Positions 41,600 to 51,669 of a stretch of 64,000 bases of DNA are shown here, one piece after another. This DNA comes from Planctomycetota bacterium (GTDB lineage Bacteria > Planctomycetota > UBA8742 > UBA2392). The stretch lies in contig JABTUE010000004.1 of the NCBI GenBank assembly GCA_015075515.1, forward strand, positions 457,119-521,118, read 5' to 3'. The position numbers and the translations under genes are program-made. Numbering within the stretch: the stretch's first letter is position 1; every line of letters starts with the position of its first letter. The notes beneath the pieces were generated by a model, which saw only the letters and a program-made list of their open reading frames with translations, did no database searches and was not told the origin of the DNA.

Positions 41600-42408
41600 G
41601 ATCCTGGCCACATGCCCGAACTTGAACCGAACCTGCAGCCGCCCGTGCCCGTCTGGCCCGGCTCATGGCGCCGCGCCAAGATGTGCGACCGAGCTGGTCG
41701 AAGGCGACCTGAGCGAGCGCGCGGCTTTGGCGGCACCGGCCATCTTCAACGCCCGGCCTGAACAAGATTTTGGCGCGGCCCAGAAGGCCCTGACGCGGAC
41801 GAAGAACGCCCCTGACGCGCGGACGACCTGGCACCACGCGCCACCGGCCGGCGGCCGCCGGCGTCCCCGAACACCCTGCGCCACGGGAACCAGGAACCAC
41901 GGGAGCCCAGCCTGGCGCCACGCGCGCCACGGTTCTCGGCGGCCTTGCTGATCACGCTGGCGTTGCGCGCGGCCATGACCTGCGCCGCGCTGTCGGCCGA
42001 GCTGCGCGATCTGAATTCCAGACTGCGCCTGGCGGCGCTCGAGCCTGGCCTGCAAGCAGGAGTTCTATCTCGACAAGGCCGTGGCGGTGATCACCGACAC
42101 GTTGAGCTGCATGGACGAAAGTTCTGCAAGCTGGGCTTTGGCAACTGGATGCCGTTCCGGTTTCTGGACCAGTGGCTGATGTTCTGCGGCGTGCTGAACT
42201 GGGTGCTGGCGGCGCACAGGTACGGTGCCCGCGGCCAAGCGGCGCTGTACCGCGCTGCTGGAAACCGCCCAGCATCCTCACCCGCACCGCCGACGCCGGG
42301 CCGCCGAAATCCTGGGGGCTGGGCTATCGCGTGCGCGAACACCGGCACTTTCAGACCATGATTGACCGGATTCTGGAAAACCGCGCCGGCCGCGGCCCCC
42401 CGCTGTAG
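41600..42408 (+). pseudogene. Heavily degraded coding remnant, possibly a DDE transposase
   Basis: Coding-like fragments in shifting frames (QEFYLD, FLDQWLMFCGVLNW, IDRILENRAGRGPP). Confidence 0.25.
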
Positions 42409-42436
42409 CGGGCGTGCGCGACCAACAGGGGCGGCA

Positions 42437-42470
42437 AAATAAAGCCGCCCGGCGCGAGGCCGGGCGGCTT
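42437..42470 (-). terminator. Rho-independent terminator of the OmpA/MotB-domain gene
   Basis: AAGCCGCCCGGC/GCCGGGCGGCTT stem with a T-rich tail on the minus strand. Confidence 0.75.
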
Positions 42471-42484
42471 GGGAACCACTTGAC

Positions 42485-43240
42485 TTACTTGCTGACCTGC
42501 GTGCCGGCGGGCAGCTTGCCGATGCTCAGGCCGTCGGCGGTGCCCATGTAGATTTCGACGCGGCGGTTGCGCTGCTTGGATTTGGGGTCCTTGCCCATTT
42601 CCACGGGCCAGAACTCGCCAAAGCCGGCCACAAAGATGCGGTCGGCAGGCAGGCCGCATTCCTTGCCGGACAGGTATTCGCGGACCGCCATTGCCCGCAT
42701 GATGCTGAGGTGCACGTTGTCCTTGATGCCGGACTTGGCCAGGTTCTTGATCGGGTCGGTGTCGGTGTGGCCGTCAATGCGCACCACGTTGCCGCTGGAA
42801 TCCAGCTTGCTCTTCATGCTGGCGGCCAGCTTCTTGAGGGTGGCTTTGGTGCCGTCGGTGAGTTCCCACGAACCGCTCTTGAACAGCACGCCGCTGTCGT
42901 CCAGCCGCACGCCGACTGCGCCGCCGCTCTGTACCCATTCCCAGTCGCCGTTCTTTTCCATGCCCCACTGCTTGCGGATTTCCGCCAGCAGCTTGTCGGT
43001 GTCCATTTCAGGGGCCTTGGTGTTGCGCATTTCGTCAATCTTGGCCTTCAGTGTCGCGTTTTCGTTGCGCGCCTTGTTCAGTTCGCCGTGCATGCGCTCG
43101 TTCTCGGCGGCAAGGGCCACGCTGTTCTGCTGCTCGGTCTCGAGGTGCCGCGTCACGCGGTCGAACTCCTCAAGCGATACGCAGCCGCCCAGCAGGGCAA
43201 CCGAAACCAGGGACAGAAGGGTCAGAGAGATCTTCTTCAT
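42485..43240 (-). CDS. OmpA/MotB-domain lipoprotein with coiled coil
   Basis: Lipobox LLGGC; LFKSGS, IDGHTDTDP, LS..RA..V, NRRVEI. Confidence 0.88.
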   Translation of the reverse strand: MKKISLTLLSLVSVALLGGCVSLEEFDRVTRHLETEQQNSVALAAENERMHGELNKARNENATLKAKIDEMRNTKAPEMDTDKLLAEIRKQWGMEKNGDWEWVQSGGAVGVRLDDSGVLFKSGSWELTDGTKATLKKLAASMKSKLDSSGNVVRIDGHTDTDPIKNLAKSGIKDNVHLSIMRAMAVREYLSGKECGLPADRIFVAGFGEFWPVEMGKDPKSKQRNRRVEIYMGTADGLSIGKLPAGTQVSK

Positions 43241-43357
43241 GACGGCCGCTCCGGGCAGGGTTGAAAGTCGTTTGAGGGCGGGCAAACGCCCGCCATGAAC
43301 TACTGTTCGGCACCGGGGGCGGCCGGCCTTGATAAAAACCGGAATTCGCAGAACAAC

Positions 43358-44293
43358 CTACCGCGTGGCGCGCTCAAGCTTGCGGCGGGTTTCGTCGGCC
43401 TTGCGCTGCTGTTCGGCCTGGTACAACGCGTCTGAGGTGCGCACGGCGCGGGCCAGATCTTCCAGCTTGCGGGCCACGCCGGGGTCTTTTTCAGTCTTGG
43501 CCAGCGCGTCGCAAAGCTCGGCGTCGGGCAGCCCGAAGGCGCGGGGGTAACGCTCATGCAGCGTCAGCAATTCACTGGCGGCGGCCAGGCGGTCGGCGGC
43601 CTTGTCCTCGCGGCGGACCTTGCGGAACTTCAGGCCCTTGATTCGCCCTTCCACCATGCCCTGCAGCGCCAGCACAAGGTCTTCCCTGGTTTGTTTGGTC
43701 AGCACGCGGGACGCGTCCGCCACGGCCCTGGCGGTGGCCTCAAACAGTTCTTCGGTGACGATGCCGCAGCGGTCGCGGGCGACAAACAGCAGCTCAACGG
43801 CGGCGTTCTGGGCCGGATAACCGCCGTCGCGCACATGGCCCTGCAACAGCGCCCAGAAAGCGGCCGTGCGTTCGGGGCCTTCGGGTTCGGCCTCGAGTTG
43901 CAGAAACGCGCGCAGCACGCGCAGCTTGTCGCGTTCCTCGGAATCGCCGTCGGGCGTCAGAACCGGCCTGCCCACCAGGGTAAAGCCGCCGGAACTCAGG
44001 GCCTTGAGGGCAAACAACGCGCGCACCGCTTCGTCTTTCTTCAGCAGGGCGGGGTCGGCAAAGAACACCTGGATATCCTTACCCGGCTCTTTGCCGTGCA
44101 GGGTCTGTTCCACGCTGCATTCAACGCGGGTCAGGTCCCCCACCCGCGTGCGCTTGGCCGAGGCCACGGCCTGCACGATCACGTCGCAGTTGGCCAGAAT
44201 CACGCGCCCGAAGTTGGATTCGCGGGCCGCGGCGGGCGTGACAGGCAATGCCAGCAGAAGCAGACAGAGTGCGCGCAGGGCAACGTCGGACAT
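43358..44293 (-). CDS. Hypothetical secreted protein
   Basis: Signal peptide ending PAAA; helical C-terminus. Confidence 0.65.
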   Translation of the reverse strand: MSDVALRALCLLLLALPVTPAAARESNFGRVILANCDVIVQAVASAKRTRVGDLTRVECSVEQTLHGKEPGKDIQVFFADPALLKKDEAVRALFALKALSSGGFTLVGRPVLTPDGDSEERDKLRVLRAFLQLEAEPEGPERTAAFWALLQGHVRDGGYPAQNAAVELLFVARDRCGIVTEELFEATARAVADASRVLTKQTREDLVLALQGMVEGRIKGLKFRKVRREDKAADRLAAASELLTLHERYPRAFGLPDAELCDALAKTEKDPGVARKLEDLARAVRTSDALYQAEQQRKADETRRKLERATR

Positions 44294-44338
44294 GCCGCCA
44301 TTGTAGCTTCCGGCCGGCGCAACGGGGTGTGCGCGCGC

Positions 44339-45094
44339 CTAACGCAGGCTGGTCATGAACCGGCCGCCGTCTACCTTCATGCATTCGCCGGTGATCCAGC
44401 CCGCATCGCCGCAAGCCAGAAACGCAATCGCCGCGGCCACGTCGGCGGGCTCGCCGTGGCGGCCCAGCGGGTGGGTTTCTTTGGCGCGGGCCAGAAAGGC
44501 GTCGTAATCCGGCACGGCGTTGGTCACGCGGTGCAGTTCGCTGCGCACCACGCCGGGCTCCACGGCGTTCACGCGCACGCCCAGCGGCGCCAGCTCCAGC
44601 GCCATGGTCTGGGTCATCATGCTGACGGCGGCCTTGCTGCCGCAGTAAGCCAGCAGGTTGGCGTAGGGCCGGGTGCCGGTGACGCTGCTGACGTTGACGA
44701 TGTTGCCGCGCTGTTTGACCAGTTCGGGCACGGCGGCGCGGGTGAGTTCGTACACGCCGTAGACGTTGGTGCGGAAGATGCGGTCAAACTCGGCCGGCGG
44801 GGTGTTCTGGACGCCGCCGTTGCCGATCACGCCGGCGCTGTTGACCAGCACATCCAGCCGCCTGTGCCGGTCCAGACAGGCCTTGACGGCCGTGGCGCAG
44901 TCGGCGGCGGCGGTCACGTCGCCGGCAACAAAACTGGCATTGGGGCCAAGCTGCGCGCAGGCCTGGCGCAGGCGCGTTTCGCGCCGCCCCATCAGCACAA
45001 CCCGGGCGCCCTCGGCCACAAAACGCTGGGCCGCGCCCAGGCCGATGCCGGTGGCGCCGCCCGAAACCAGCACGACTTTGCCCTCAAAGCGCAT
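44339..45094 (-). CDS. Short-chain dehydrogenase/reductase
   Basis: SGGATGIG, VNSAG, YCGSK. Confidence 0.92.
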   Translation of the reverse strand: MRFEGKVVLVSGGATGIGLGAAQRFVAEGARVVLMGRRETRLRQACAQLGPNASFVAGDVTAAADCATAVKACLDRHRRLDVLVNSAGVIGNGGVQNTPPAEFDRIFRTNVYGVYELTRAAVPELVKQRGNIVNVSSVTGTRPYANLLAYCGSKAAVSMMTQTMALELAPLGVRVNAVEPGVVRSELHRVTNAVPDYDAFLARAKETHPLGRHGEPADVAAAIAFLACGDAGWITGECMKVDGGRFMTSLR

Positions 45095-45096
45095 GG

Positions 45097-45615
45097 CTAC
45101 TCCCGGCGGATCAGATGAAACCCGAAGGCCGATTCCGTGATGCGCGCGTGTTTGCTTCTGGTACTTTTGCCCGTGGCGCTGAACTTGGGGTCCAGGCCGT
45201 CGTTGGCCTTGCAGGTGTATTTATTGAAGGCACTTTGGGGGCCGCCCTCGTTGTCTTCGTTGTATTGCTCCTGCAGCGACTTCCAGTTTTCGGGCGTCGG
45301 CGTGTGCCGGTACATGGCCCAGATCTGGTCAATCAGCTTGCGGGCTTCTTCTTTGGTGCGGGGCTGCTTGGGTTTGGCGCGCGGGTTGGCGCCGGTCCAA
45401 CTGACCAGAATGTGCGTGACCACGGCCTCGGCGTCGGGCGAAGTCAACCGGCCCCAGGCATCGTCATAGGGCATGTTCAGGTCAATTTTGGGCGGCGGCG
45501 GGGGCGGCGGCTCAAACGGGTTGTACACCAGCAGGCCCACGGCCCCGCCCAGCAGCACCGCGGCAATGACGCCGCCAATTCCGATCAGCTTGTTTTTCTG
45601 TCCGCGTGAGGGCAC
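45097..45615 (-). CDS. Membrane-anchored parvulin/PpiC-like peptidyl-prolyl isomerase
   Basis: N-terminal TM; THILVSW and ESAFGFHLIRR parvulin histidine motifs; start uncertain. Confidence 0.7.
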   Translation of the reverse strand: MPSRGQKNKLIGIGGVIAAVLLGGAVGLLVYNPFEPPPPPPPKIDLNMPYDDAWGRLTSPDAEAVVTHILVSWTGANPRAKPKQPRTKEEARKLIDQIWAMYRHTPTPENWKSLQEQYNEDNEGGPQSAFNKYTCKANDGLDPKFSATGKSTRSKHARITESAFGFHLIRRE

Positions 45616-45656
45616 GACAACCTCCCGGCGACGCCGCCGGCGGCTACATTATCGCC

Positions 45657-45986
45657 ATGAACGAACCAATCCAGATGGTCACGCCCGACAAGCCGTGGCG
45701 CGAGTTTTCCGACGCGCCGGGCGTGGAATACAAGACGCTGCGGCGGCACGAAGGCGGCGGAGTGACGCTGCTGCTGCGGTTTGCGCCGGGGGCGCGCTAT
45801 CACACCCACCGCCACCCCGGCGGCGAGGAATACTATGTGCTGGAGGGGGCGCTGGAGGATCTGGGTAAATCCTGGCCCGCGGGCAGCTATCTGTGGCACC
45901 CGCCGGGCAGCGTGCACCGGCCCTCCAGCCGCCAGGGCGCGACGGTGCTGGTGATCCTGCCGGCGGCGGTGGAGGTGCTGAGTTAG
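45657..45986 (+). CDS. ChrR-like cupin protein
   Basis: HRHPGGEEYYVLEG, PPGSVH. Confidence 0.85.
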   Translation: MNEPIQMVTPDKPWREFSDAPGVEYKTLRRHEGGGVTLLLRFAPGARYHTHRHPGGEEYYVLEGALEDLGKSWPAGSYLWHPPGSVHRPSSRQGATVLVILPAAVEVLS

Positions 45987-46270
45987 CCCTGCGTCTTGGT
46001 GTCGGCGCGGGCCGGCGGCGCCGGAGGCCGCACCACCGTGGTGGTTCTGTCGCTGTTGCGGATATCGCTCCAGGCCGCGACCTTGAGCTGCGCCGCGGGG
46101 ATGTTGGCGACCTCGCCGTTGTCGGTAAAGCGCACCGTGCAGACCTGGTTGGGGTGCGTCACACCCAGCAACTGGCCGGCGCGGCCGTGCTTGACGGAAA
46201 AGACGGTCTGGCCCACGACCAGTTTGACCCCCTGGGCGTCGCGGGCAAAAAAGTTGGTGTGGCTGCGCAT
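45983..46270 (-). CDS. Small hypothetical protein (SH3/KOW-like beta barrel, tentative)
   Basis: VVGQTV..GRAGQL..CTVRF..NIPAAQL pattern. Confidence 0.45.
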   Translation of the reverse strand: MRSHTNFFARDAQGVKLVVGQTVFSVKHGRAGQLLGVTHPNQVCTVRFTDNGEVANIPAAQLKVAAWSDIRNSDRTTTVVRPPAPPARADTKTQG

Positions 46271-46359
46271 GGATTCGTCCACGGGAAGCTCCGGGAGTTT
46301 TGCTCCCCCGGCCCTGAAACGAACGGGCCGGGCGCAAACTTCCCGCAACGCCGGTATCG

Positions 46360-47820
46360 TCACACCTGGCCACCGGACTGAATGCCGGCCGGCGCGCCGG
46401 GGGGCACAAGAACCTCGATTTCGGCGCTCATTGCCCCGCGGTTGCCGGCCAGGTCATAGGCCTGGACGCCATAGCGATAGCGCATGCCCCCCACCACGCC
46501 GCCGTCGTGGTAGGCGCAGACCCCGGCGGGCACGGCATCCATGCGTTCCGGTGGGCCGTTTTCCACCGCGCGCCAGATGTCGTAGCCGTAGACGGCCTCG
46601 TTGTCCGTCGCGGCCTGCCACTTCAGGCTGACGCGCCCGGCCTCGGCCCGGACCGTCAGCGCGGCATCGCCGCCGGGCCATTGCGGAGGTGTCTGGTCGT
46701 CGCTGTGCGGGGCGTTGATCGCGCCGCGCGGCCACAGAAAGCAGGTTACGGTCTGGAAGTGCTCGTCTTTGGCCTTGCAGACGTTGGCGTAGCAGCAGCG
46801 TATGACGCGGTCAAAACGGCCGGACTGGACCTTTCGCGGCCAGTCCGGGTCAGCCAGCAGGGGCCGGGCCATGCCGATCAGGTCGGCCTTGCCGTCGCCA
46901 AGGATGGATTCGGCCAGTTCGGGCGTGTGGATCTTGCCGGTGGCAACCACGGGTGTGCCAAGGCCGTGCTGCACCAGAAAGGCCTTGATGCCGGCGGCGA
47001 TATAAAGGTTGGCCGCCGGGGGGTAATTGCGGCCGGGCATGCAGCGTTCGCCGCTGTAACCGGTGTAGGGGTACAGGGGCTGGCCGGCCCGGGGCAGGGC
47101 GTCTTCGAACTTTCCGCCGGCGCTGATGCTGAGCCAGTCCGCGCCGGCGCGGGCCAGGGCCAGGGCGATCCAGCGGGCCTCGTCCACGGTGTAGCCGCCC
47201 TTGACGCACTCTTCGCCGTCAAAGCGCACGCCGACGGGAAAGTCCTGCCCCGCAGCGGCGCGCACGGCAGCCAGGGTTTCCAGCGGCAGGCGCAGGCGAC
47301 GCTCCAGGCTGCCGCCGTAGTCATCACGCCGCGCGTTCAGCCGCGAAAGAAAGCTGGACAGCGTGTAGGCATGCGCCATGTGAAGTTCAACGGCGTCATA
47401 ACCGGCCGACCGCGCGCGGACGGCGGCGGCGGCGTACAGGCCGGGAATGACCCTGACTTCGTCTATGGTTAGATCATTAACTCTCTGCCGCCATCCGGTG
47501 CGGCTGATCTTGAGAAAGTGAATGATCTGCGGGGCGCAGCGGCCGGGCCCGGCGTCGTGCATGCGCGCGGCCAGATCGCGCAGACCGGGCAGAAACTCGT
47601 CGCCGGAAATGCGCAGCAGCGGGCCGGACTTGCTGCCGTGCACGGCCATTGCCTCAAGCACAACCAGACCCGCGCCGCCGCGGGCAAAACGGGTGTAGCG
47701 TTCCGTGATCGGGCCGTTCACAAAGCCGTCTTCGCCGGACAGGCGCGTGACCATCGCGGGCACGACCAGCCGGTTGGGCAGGGTCATGCCGTTGGCGCGC
47801 AGCGGCGAAAAAAGCTTCAT
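46360..47820 (-). CDS. NADH:flavin oxidoreductase (Old Yellow Enzyme family) with a C-terminal FN3-like domain
   Basis: NRLVVPAM, ELHMAHAYTLSSFLS, RDDYGGS, MARPLLADPDW, Cys cluster; tail W..ATDN..GYDIWR..YRYGVQAYDLAGN. Confidence 0.88.
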   Translation of the reverse strand: MKLFSPLRANGMTLPNRLVVPAMVTRLSGEDGFVNGPITERYTRFARGGAGLVVLEAMAVHGSKSGPLLRISGDEFLPGLRDLAARMHDAGPGRCAPQIIHFLKISRTGWRQRVNDLTIDEVRVIPGLYAAAAVRARSAGYDAVELHMAHAYTLSSFLSRLNARRDDYGGSLERRLRLPLETLAAVRAAAGQDFPVGVRFDGEECVKGGYTVDEARWIALALARAGADWLSISAGGKFEDALPRAGQPLYPYTGYSGERCMPGRNYPPAANLYIAAGIKAFLVQHGLGTPVVATGKIHTPELAESILGDGKADLIGMARPLLADPDWPRKVQSGRFDRVIRCCYANVCKAKDEHFQTVTCFLWPRGAINAPHSDDQTPPQWPGGDAALTVRAEAGRVSLKWQAATDNEAVYGYDIWRAVENGPPERMDAVPAGVCAYHDGGVVGGMRYRYGVQAYDLAGNRGAMSAEIEVLVPPGAPAGIQSGGQV

Positions 47821-48500
47821 GGGGTGACCTTCTTCTGGCGCCCCGAGCGCGAAGGTTTCGGCGCCGGGCGTGCCTGCACCTCGGTGGCCACACGCACGGC
47901 ACGCGAGCTGCCCCAGTCGGCCTGGGCCAGCTCTCCTTTGTCATCGAAGTAAAAGGCCTGAACGCGGGTTCCTTCGGCGTTTAACCAGATGACCTCCCAC
48001 AACGGCGCCGCCGTCGGAAACGGCGTGGTGCCGGTGCGGCCACAGCACAGCAGCTTGGCCCCCGTACCCAGATGGCCGCTGCCTTCGGTCAAGGGCGTGA
48101 ACGTCAGGCTGGCCTCGGGCTGGTTGTAGATCGCCGACGCCAGCGCGAACACGGCGTACGTGGGCATCACATCATCGGGCACAGCATCGTTGTTTTCGGA
48201 TGCCGCCGAGCCCTGGGCCTGCATGCGCCCGCCGGCAAAGCGGATCTGGGACGACTGCTGTCCGTCGTTGTAGGCAACTTCCAGCGGCACCAGCCGCCCC
48301 TGCTTGCGCGTCAGAACCACGCGGCAGGTGGCCTCGTGGTCTATGGCGCGGCGATCCAGCCGGCCGTGGATGGACACCTGCTGGTCAATGATGCGGCGGC
48401 TGTTGGTGTCGCGTGACCGGTACACCCGCAAAAAACCTGCATGAGACGCCGATGCGGCTCGTCCCAGATGCACGGCAAACCAGATTTCACTGCTGTCCAT
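47817..48500 (-). CDS. Hypothetical protein
   Basis: Stop overlaps the OYE start (ATGA); no recognised family. Confidence 0.6.
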   Translation of the reverse strand: MDSSEIWFAVHLGRAASASHAGFLRVYRSRDTNSRRIIDQQVSIHGRLDRRAIDHEATCRVVLTRKQGRLVPLEVAYNDGQQSSQIRFAGGRMQAQGSAASENNDAVPDDVMPTYAVFALASAIYNQPEASLTFTPLTEGSGHLGTGAKLLCCGRTGTTPFPTAAPLWEVIWLNAEGTRVQAFYFDDKGELAQADWGSSRAVRVATEVQARPAPKPSRSGRQKKVTP

Positions 48501-48512
48501 GGTGCGGTTCTC

Positions 48513-48860
48513 TCATTGCCTGGGCGCCGGGTGCTGGCGCAGGCGTTCAACGGGAATGCCGGCAATCAGGTGGCTGTGCACGATTTCGTCCACGTCGGCC
48601 ACCGTCACATTGCGGTACCACACGGCCTCGGGGTAGACGACAACGCTGACGCCGAACTCGCAGGTGTCCAGACAGCCGCATTTCTGGGCACGCATGCGGG
48701 GCTTGAGCTTCAGTTCATCCACCAGCGCCTTGAAGCGTTCCAGCACCTGGGGGGCGCCCTTGCGCACGCAGTCGCCGCGCGGGTTGTCGGCCGGGCGCTC
48801 GTTCATGCAGATGAACACGTGGCGTTCATAGGGCGGAAAGCGACGGGCGGGATCGGTCAT
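48513..48860 (-). CDS. Thioredoxin-like [2Fe-2S] ferredoxin
   Basis: HVFIC..R..C, GCLDTC, VVYPEAVWY. Confidence 0.9.
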   Translation of the reverse strand: MTDPARRFPPYERHVFICMNERPADNPRGDCVRKGAPQVLERFKALVDELKLKPRMRAQKCGCLDTCEFGVSVVVYPEAVWYRNVTVADVDEIVHSHLIAGIPVERLRQHPAPRQ

Positions 48861-49984
48861 GGCGACTCCAGAATGGCGCGGGCAACCACAAGTTGCTGCA
48901 CTTCGCTGGCACCCTCGTAGATGCGCAAGGGGCGGATCTCGCGGTACAGGCGCTCAAACACGCTGCCGTGCAGCACACCCAGCCCGCCGGCCAGTTGCAG
49001 CGCCTTGTCTATGATCCACTGCGCGTTTTCCGTGGCCTGCCATTTGGCCAGCGCCACCTCGCGCGCCTGGCGGTGCTCGCCCTGGTCAAACAGCCAGGCC
49101 GTGCGGTACGTCAGCAGCCGCGACGCATCCAACCGCGCGCTCATTTCGGCCAGGATGCCCTGGGCCACGGGCTGGTCGCCCAGTGTGCCGCCGAACATGC
49201 GGCGCTGGCGCAGGTGTTTGACACATTCATCATAGGCCCGGCGCGCAAAACCGTTGGCCGCCGCAGCCACCGTGGGCCGGCAACGTTCCAGTGTCATTAA
49301 CGCAAGTTTCAGGCCTTCGCCTTCCTGGCCAAGCCGGTTGCCCGCCGGCACGCGGGCCTTTTCAAGAATCACGCGGCCCAAAGGGTGCGGCGAGGTCGGC
49401 CGCTGTTTTTCCACGCTCAGGCCCGGTGTACCGGCCGGCACCAGAAACGCGCTGATGCCTTTGCGGCCTTCGCCCGTGCGCGCAAACAGTGTGTAGTGAG
49501 TGGCCACACCGGCGTTGCTGATCAGGTGTTTGATGCCCGTAATCTCGTATTCGTCCCCCACCCTTTCCGCGCGGGTGGTCTGGGCGGCCAGGTCGCTGCC
49601 GGCTTCGGGCTCGGTGATCGCAAAGGCCATGCAGGCTTCGCCGCTGGCCACCGCCGGCAGCATTTCGGTCTTGAGTGTGTCACTGCCCATCAGGCCAATC
49701 GCGATACTGCCCAACGCCTGCATGACATAGGCCAGGTCGGCAATGCCGCTGTGGTAGGCCAGCACTTCGCGCGCCAGCACGTTGGGCATCTGGCGCCAGG
49801 GCTCGGACACGGTGTGTTTAAGGGCGCCCCACTCGGCCAGTGTGGCCAGGGCAGCGCGCAGGGCTTCGGCGTCGTCGCCCTTCTCCGGATCGGGCCAGAT
49901 GTGGGCCCAGGCCGCGGTGTCAAGCTCGCGAACCAGAGCGCGGTGCTCGTCGGTGAAGAACGGAAGTTTCAGCAGGTCTTGCAT
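48857..49984 (-). CDS. Acyl-CoA dehydrogenase (AbmD-like)
   Basis: FAITEPEAGSD, GGLGV, RLYREIRPLRIYEGASEVQ. Confidence 0.92.
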   Translation of the reverse strand: MQDLLKLPFFTDEHRALVRELDTAAWAHIWPDPEKGDDAEALRAALATLAEWGALKHTVSEPWRQMPNVLAREVLAYHSGIADLAYVMQALGSIAIGLMGSDTLKTEMLPAVASGEACMAFAITEPEAGSDLAAQTTRAERVGDEYEITGIKHLISNAGVATHYTLFARTGEGRKGISAFLVPAGTPGLSVEKQRPTSPHPLGRVILEKARVPAGNRLGQEGEGLKLALMTLERCRPTVAAAANGFARRAYDECVKHLRQRRMFGGTLGDQPVAQGILAEMSARLDASRLLTYRTAWLFDQGEHRQAREVALAKWQATENAQWIIDKALQLAGGLGVLHGSVFERLYREIRPLRIYEGASEVQQLVVARAILESP

Positions 49985-50013
49985 GTTGTTGCGGCCCGGG
50001 TGACGGATTCTGT

Positions 50014-50802
50014 CTAGCCGAACTTTGGTTCGCGCTTTTCCTTCCACGCGGTGTAGCTTTCCCGGAAGTCCGGGTGCTGCATGCAGATGGCCTGGGCCTG
50101 CGCTTCGGCCTCCAGGGCGGTTTCCAGGTCAAAGTCCAGCGCTTTGTTAAGCAGCTCCTTGGTCATCATCAGGCCGAACTGCGGGCCTTTGCAAAGCCTG
50201 GCGGCCAGTTCAGCCACGCGGGGCATGAGCTGTTGGGCCGGCAGAACCTCGTTGTAAAGGCCGATCTTGTGGGCCTCCAGCGCGGTGATGAAGTCACCGG
50301 TCATCAGCAATTCCGTGGCTTTGGTCCAGCCCACCACGCGCGGCAAAAGAAAACACGCGCCCATGTCGGCACCCGAAAGCCCCACCTTGGTGAACAGAAA
50401 GGCGCACCTGGCGGTGTCGCTGGCAACGCGGAAGTCACAGGCCAGGGCAATCGCCGCGCCGGCGCCACAGGTGGTGCCATTGAGCGCCCCGATCACAGGC
50501 TTGCGCAGGTTGCGGATCGCGCGCACCACATCCACGGTCATGCGCGTGAAATCCAGCAGGCCTTTCATGTCGCGCGCAAACAGATTGCCGATGATGTCTT
50601 CGACATCGCCGCCGCTGCAGAAGGCCTTGCCCGCGCCGGTGATTACCAGCACGCGGCAGGACGGCCGGGTGTCCAGCCAGCGCAGAAACACCGGCAACTC
50701 GGCGTACACGTCGAAGGTCAGGGCGTTGAGCCGTTCGGGCCGGTTCAGAGTCAGCGTGCCGACGCCATCGCTTTCGGCGTACAGAAAGTGTTTTGGCGTC
50801 AT
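50014..50802 (-). CDS. Enoyl-CoA hydratase family protein (AbmC-like)
   Basis: LNRPERLNAL, FCSGGDV, KVGLSGADMGACFLLPR. Confidence 0.92.
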   Translation of the reverse strand: MTPKHFLYAESDGVGTLTLNRPERLNALTFDVYAELPVFLRWLDTRPSCRVLVITGAGKAFCSGGDVEDIIGNLFARDMKGLLDFTRMTVDVVRAIRNLRKPVIGALNGTTCGAGAAIALACDFRVASDTARCAFLFTKVGLSGADMGACFLLPRVVGWTKATELLMTGDFITALEAHKIGLYNEVLPAQQLMPRVAELAARLCKGPQFGLMMTKELLNKALDFDLETALEAEAQAQAICMQHPDFRESYTAWKEKREPKFG

Positions 50803-51269
50803 GGGCGCCCCGCCTTGGGTTCAAACAGCGACGCGACCTTGTCCAGATCGGCGCGCAGATTCTGCACGTCGTTCTCGCTCAGGCCGGCAAACAGCTTCAC
50901 GATCTGGCGCTCGTGCTCGGGGATCAACTGGGCACAGTAGTCCTTGCCGCGCGGCGTAAGGCGGATGAAGATCTGGCGCCGGTCGCGCGGGTTGGTCTCG
51001 CGCCGCACCAGCTCGAGTTTTTCCAGGCGGTCCACAATGCCGGTCAGGTTGCCGGCCGTGACCAGCAGCTTTTCCGACAACGCCGAAAAGGTCAGACCGT
51101 CTTCGGCGCGCGCCAACTGTGCCAGCACGTCGAACTGCGGCATGGTGCACTCGGCGCGCAGGCCGCCGCGCAACTCGCGCATGGCAAGGTTGTAACACCG
51201 CGCCAGGCGGATCCACATGCCCACCCGCGCGCGTTCGGCGGCACTCAATGGCCCTCGCGTATCAGGCAT
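50799..51269 (-). CDS. MarR-family transcriptional regulator
   Basis: QFDVLAQL, GNLTGIVDRLE, DRR..IRLT. Confidence 0.92.
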   Translation of the reverse strand: MPDTRGPLSAAERARVGMWIRLARCYNLAMRELRGGLRAECTMPQFDVLAQLARAEDGLTFSALSEKLLVTAGNLTGIVDRLEKLELVRRETNPRDRRQIFIRLTPRGKDYCAQLIPEHERQIVKLFAGLSENDVQNLRADLDKVASLFEPKAGRP

Positions 51270-51669
51270 CGGCGATCACTCCGGTTGCTTCAATCTCCAC
51301 GCGCGCGCCGGGCTCCAGCAACCCCCGAACCTCCAGCAGCGCCATGGCCGGGTAGTGCCGGCCCATGATCTCGCGCCAGGCCTCGCCCACGGCCTTGAGG
51401 TTCGCGGCGTATTCGCGCTTGTCGGTCACGTACAGATTGACACGGCCCAGGTGTTCGACACGGCCGCCGGCGGCCTCGACGCAGGCGCGCACGTTGGCCA
51501 GCGCCTGCCGGAACTGGGCCACAAAATCGTCGCTCACCATGCGCTCTTGCGCGTCCCAGCCCACCTGTCCGGCAACGAAAAGCGCACGACCCGGCGGCAG
51601 GACCACGACGTTGTTGTAACCGCGCGGGCGCCGCCAGCCGGGAGGATTGATGAAGTCGGGCTGTCGCAT
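51262..51669 (-). CDS. RidA/YjgF family protein (AbmF-like)
   Basis: PRGYNN, VAGQVGW, HYPAM, VEIEA. Confidence 0.9.
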   Translation of the reverse strand: MRQPDFINPPGWRRPRGYNNVVVLPPGRALFVAGQVGWDAQERMVSDDFVAQFRQALANVRACVEAAGGRVEHLGRVNLYVTDKREYAANLKAVGEAWREIMGRHYPAMALLEVRGLLEPGARVEIEATGVIADA

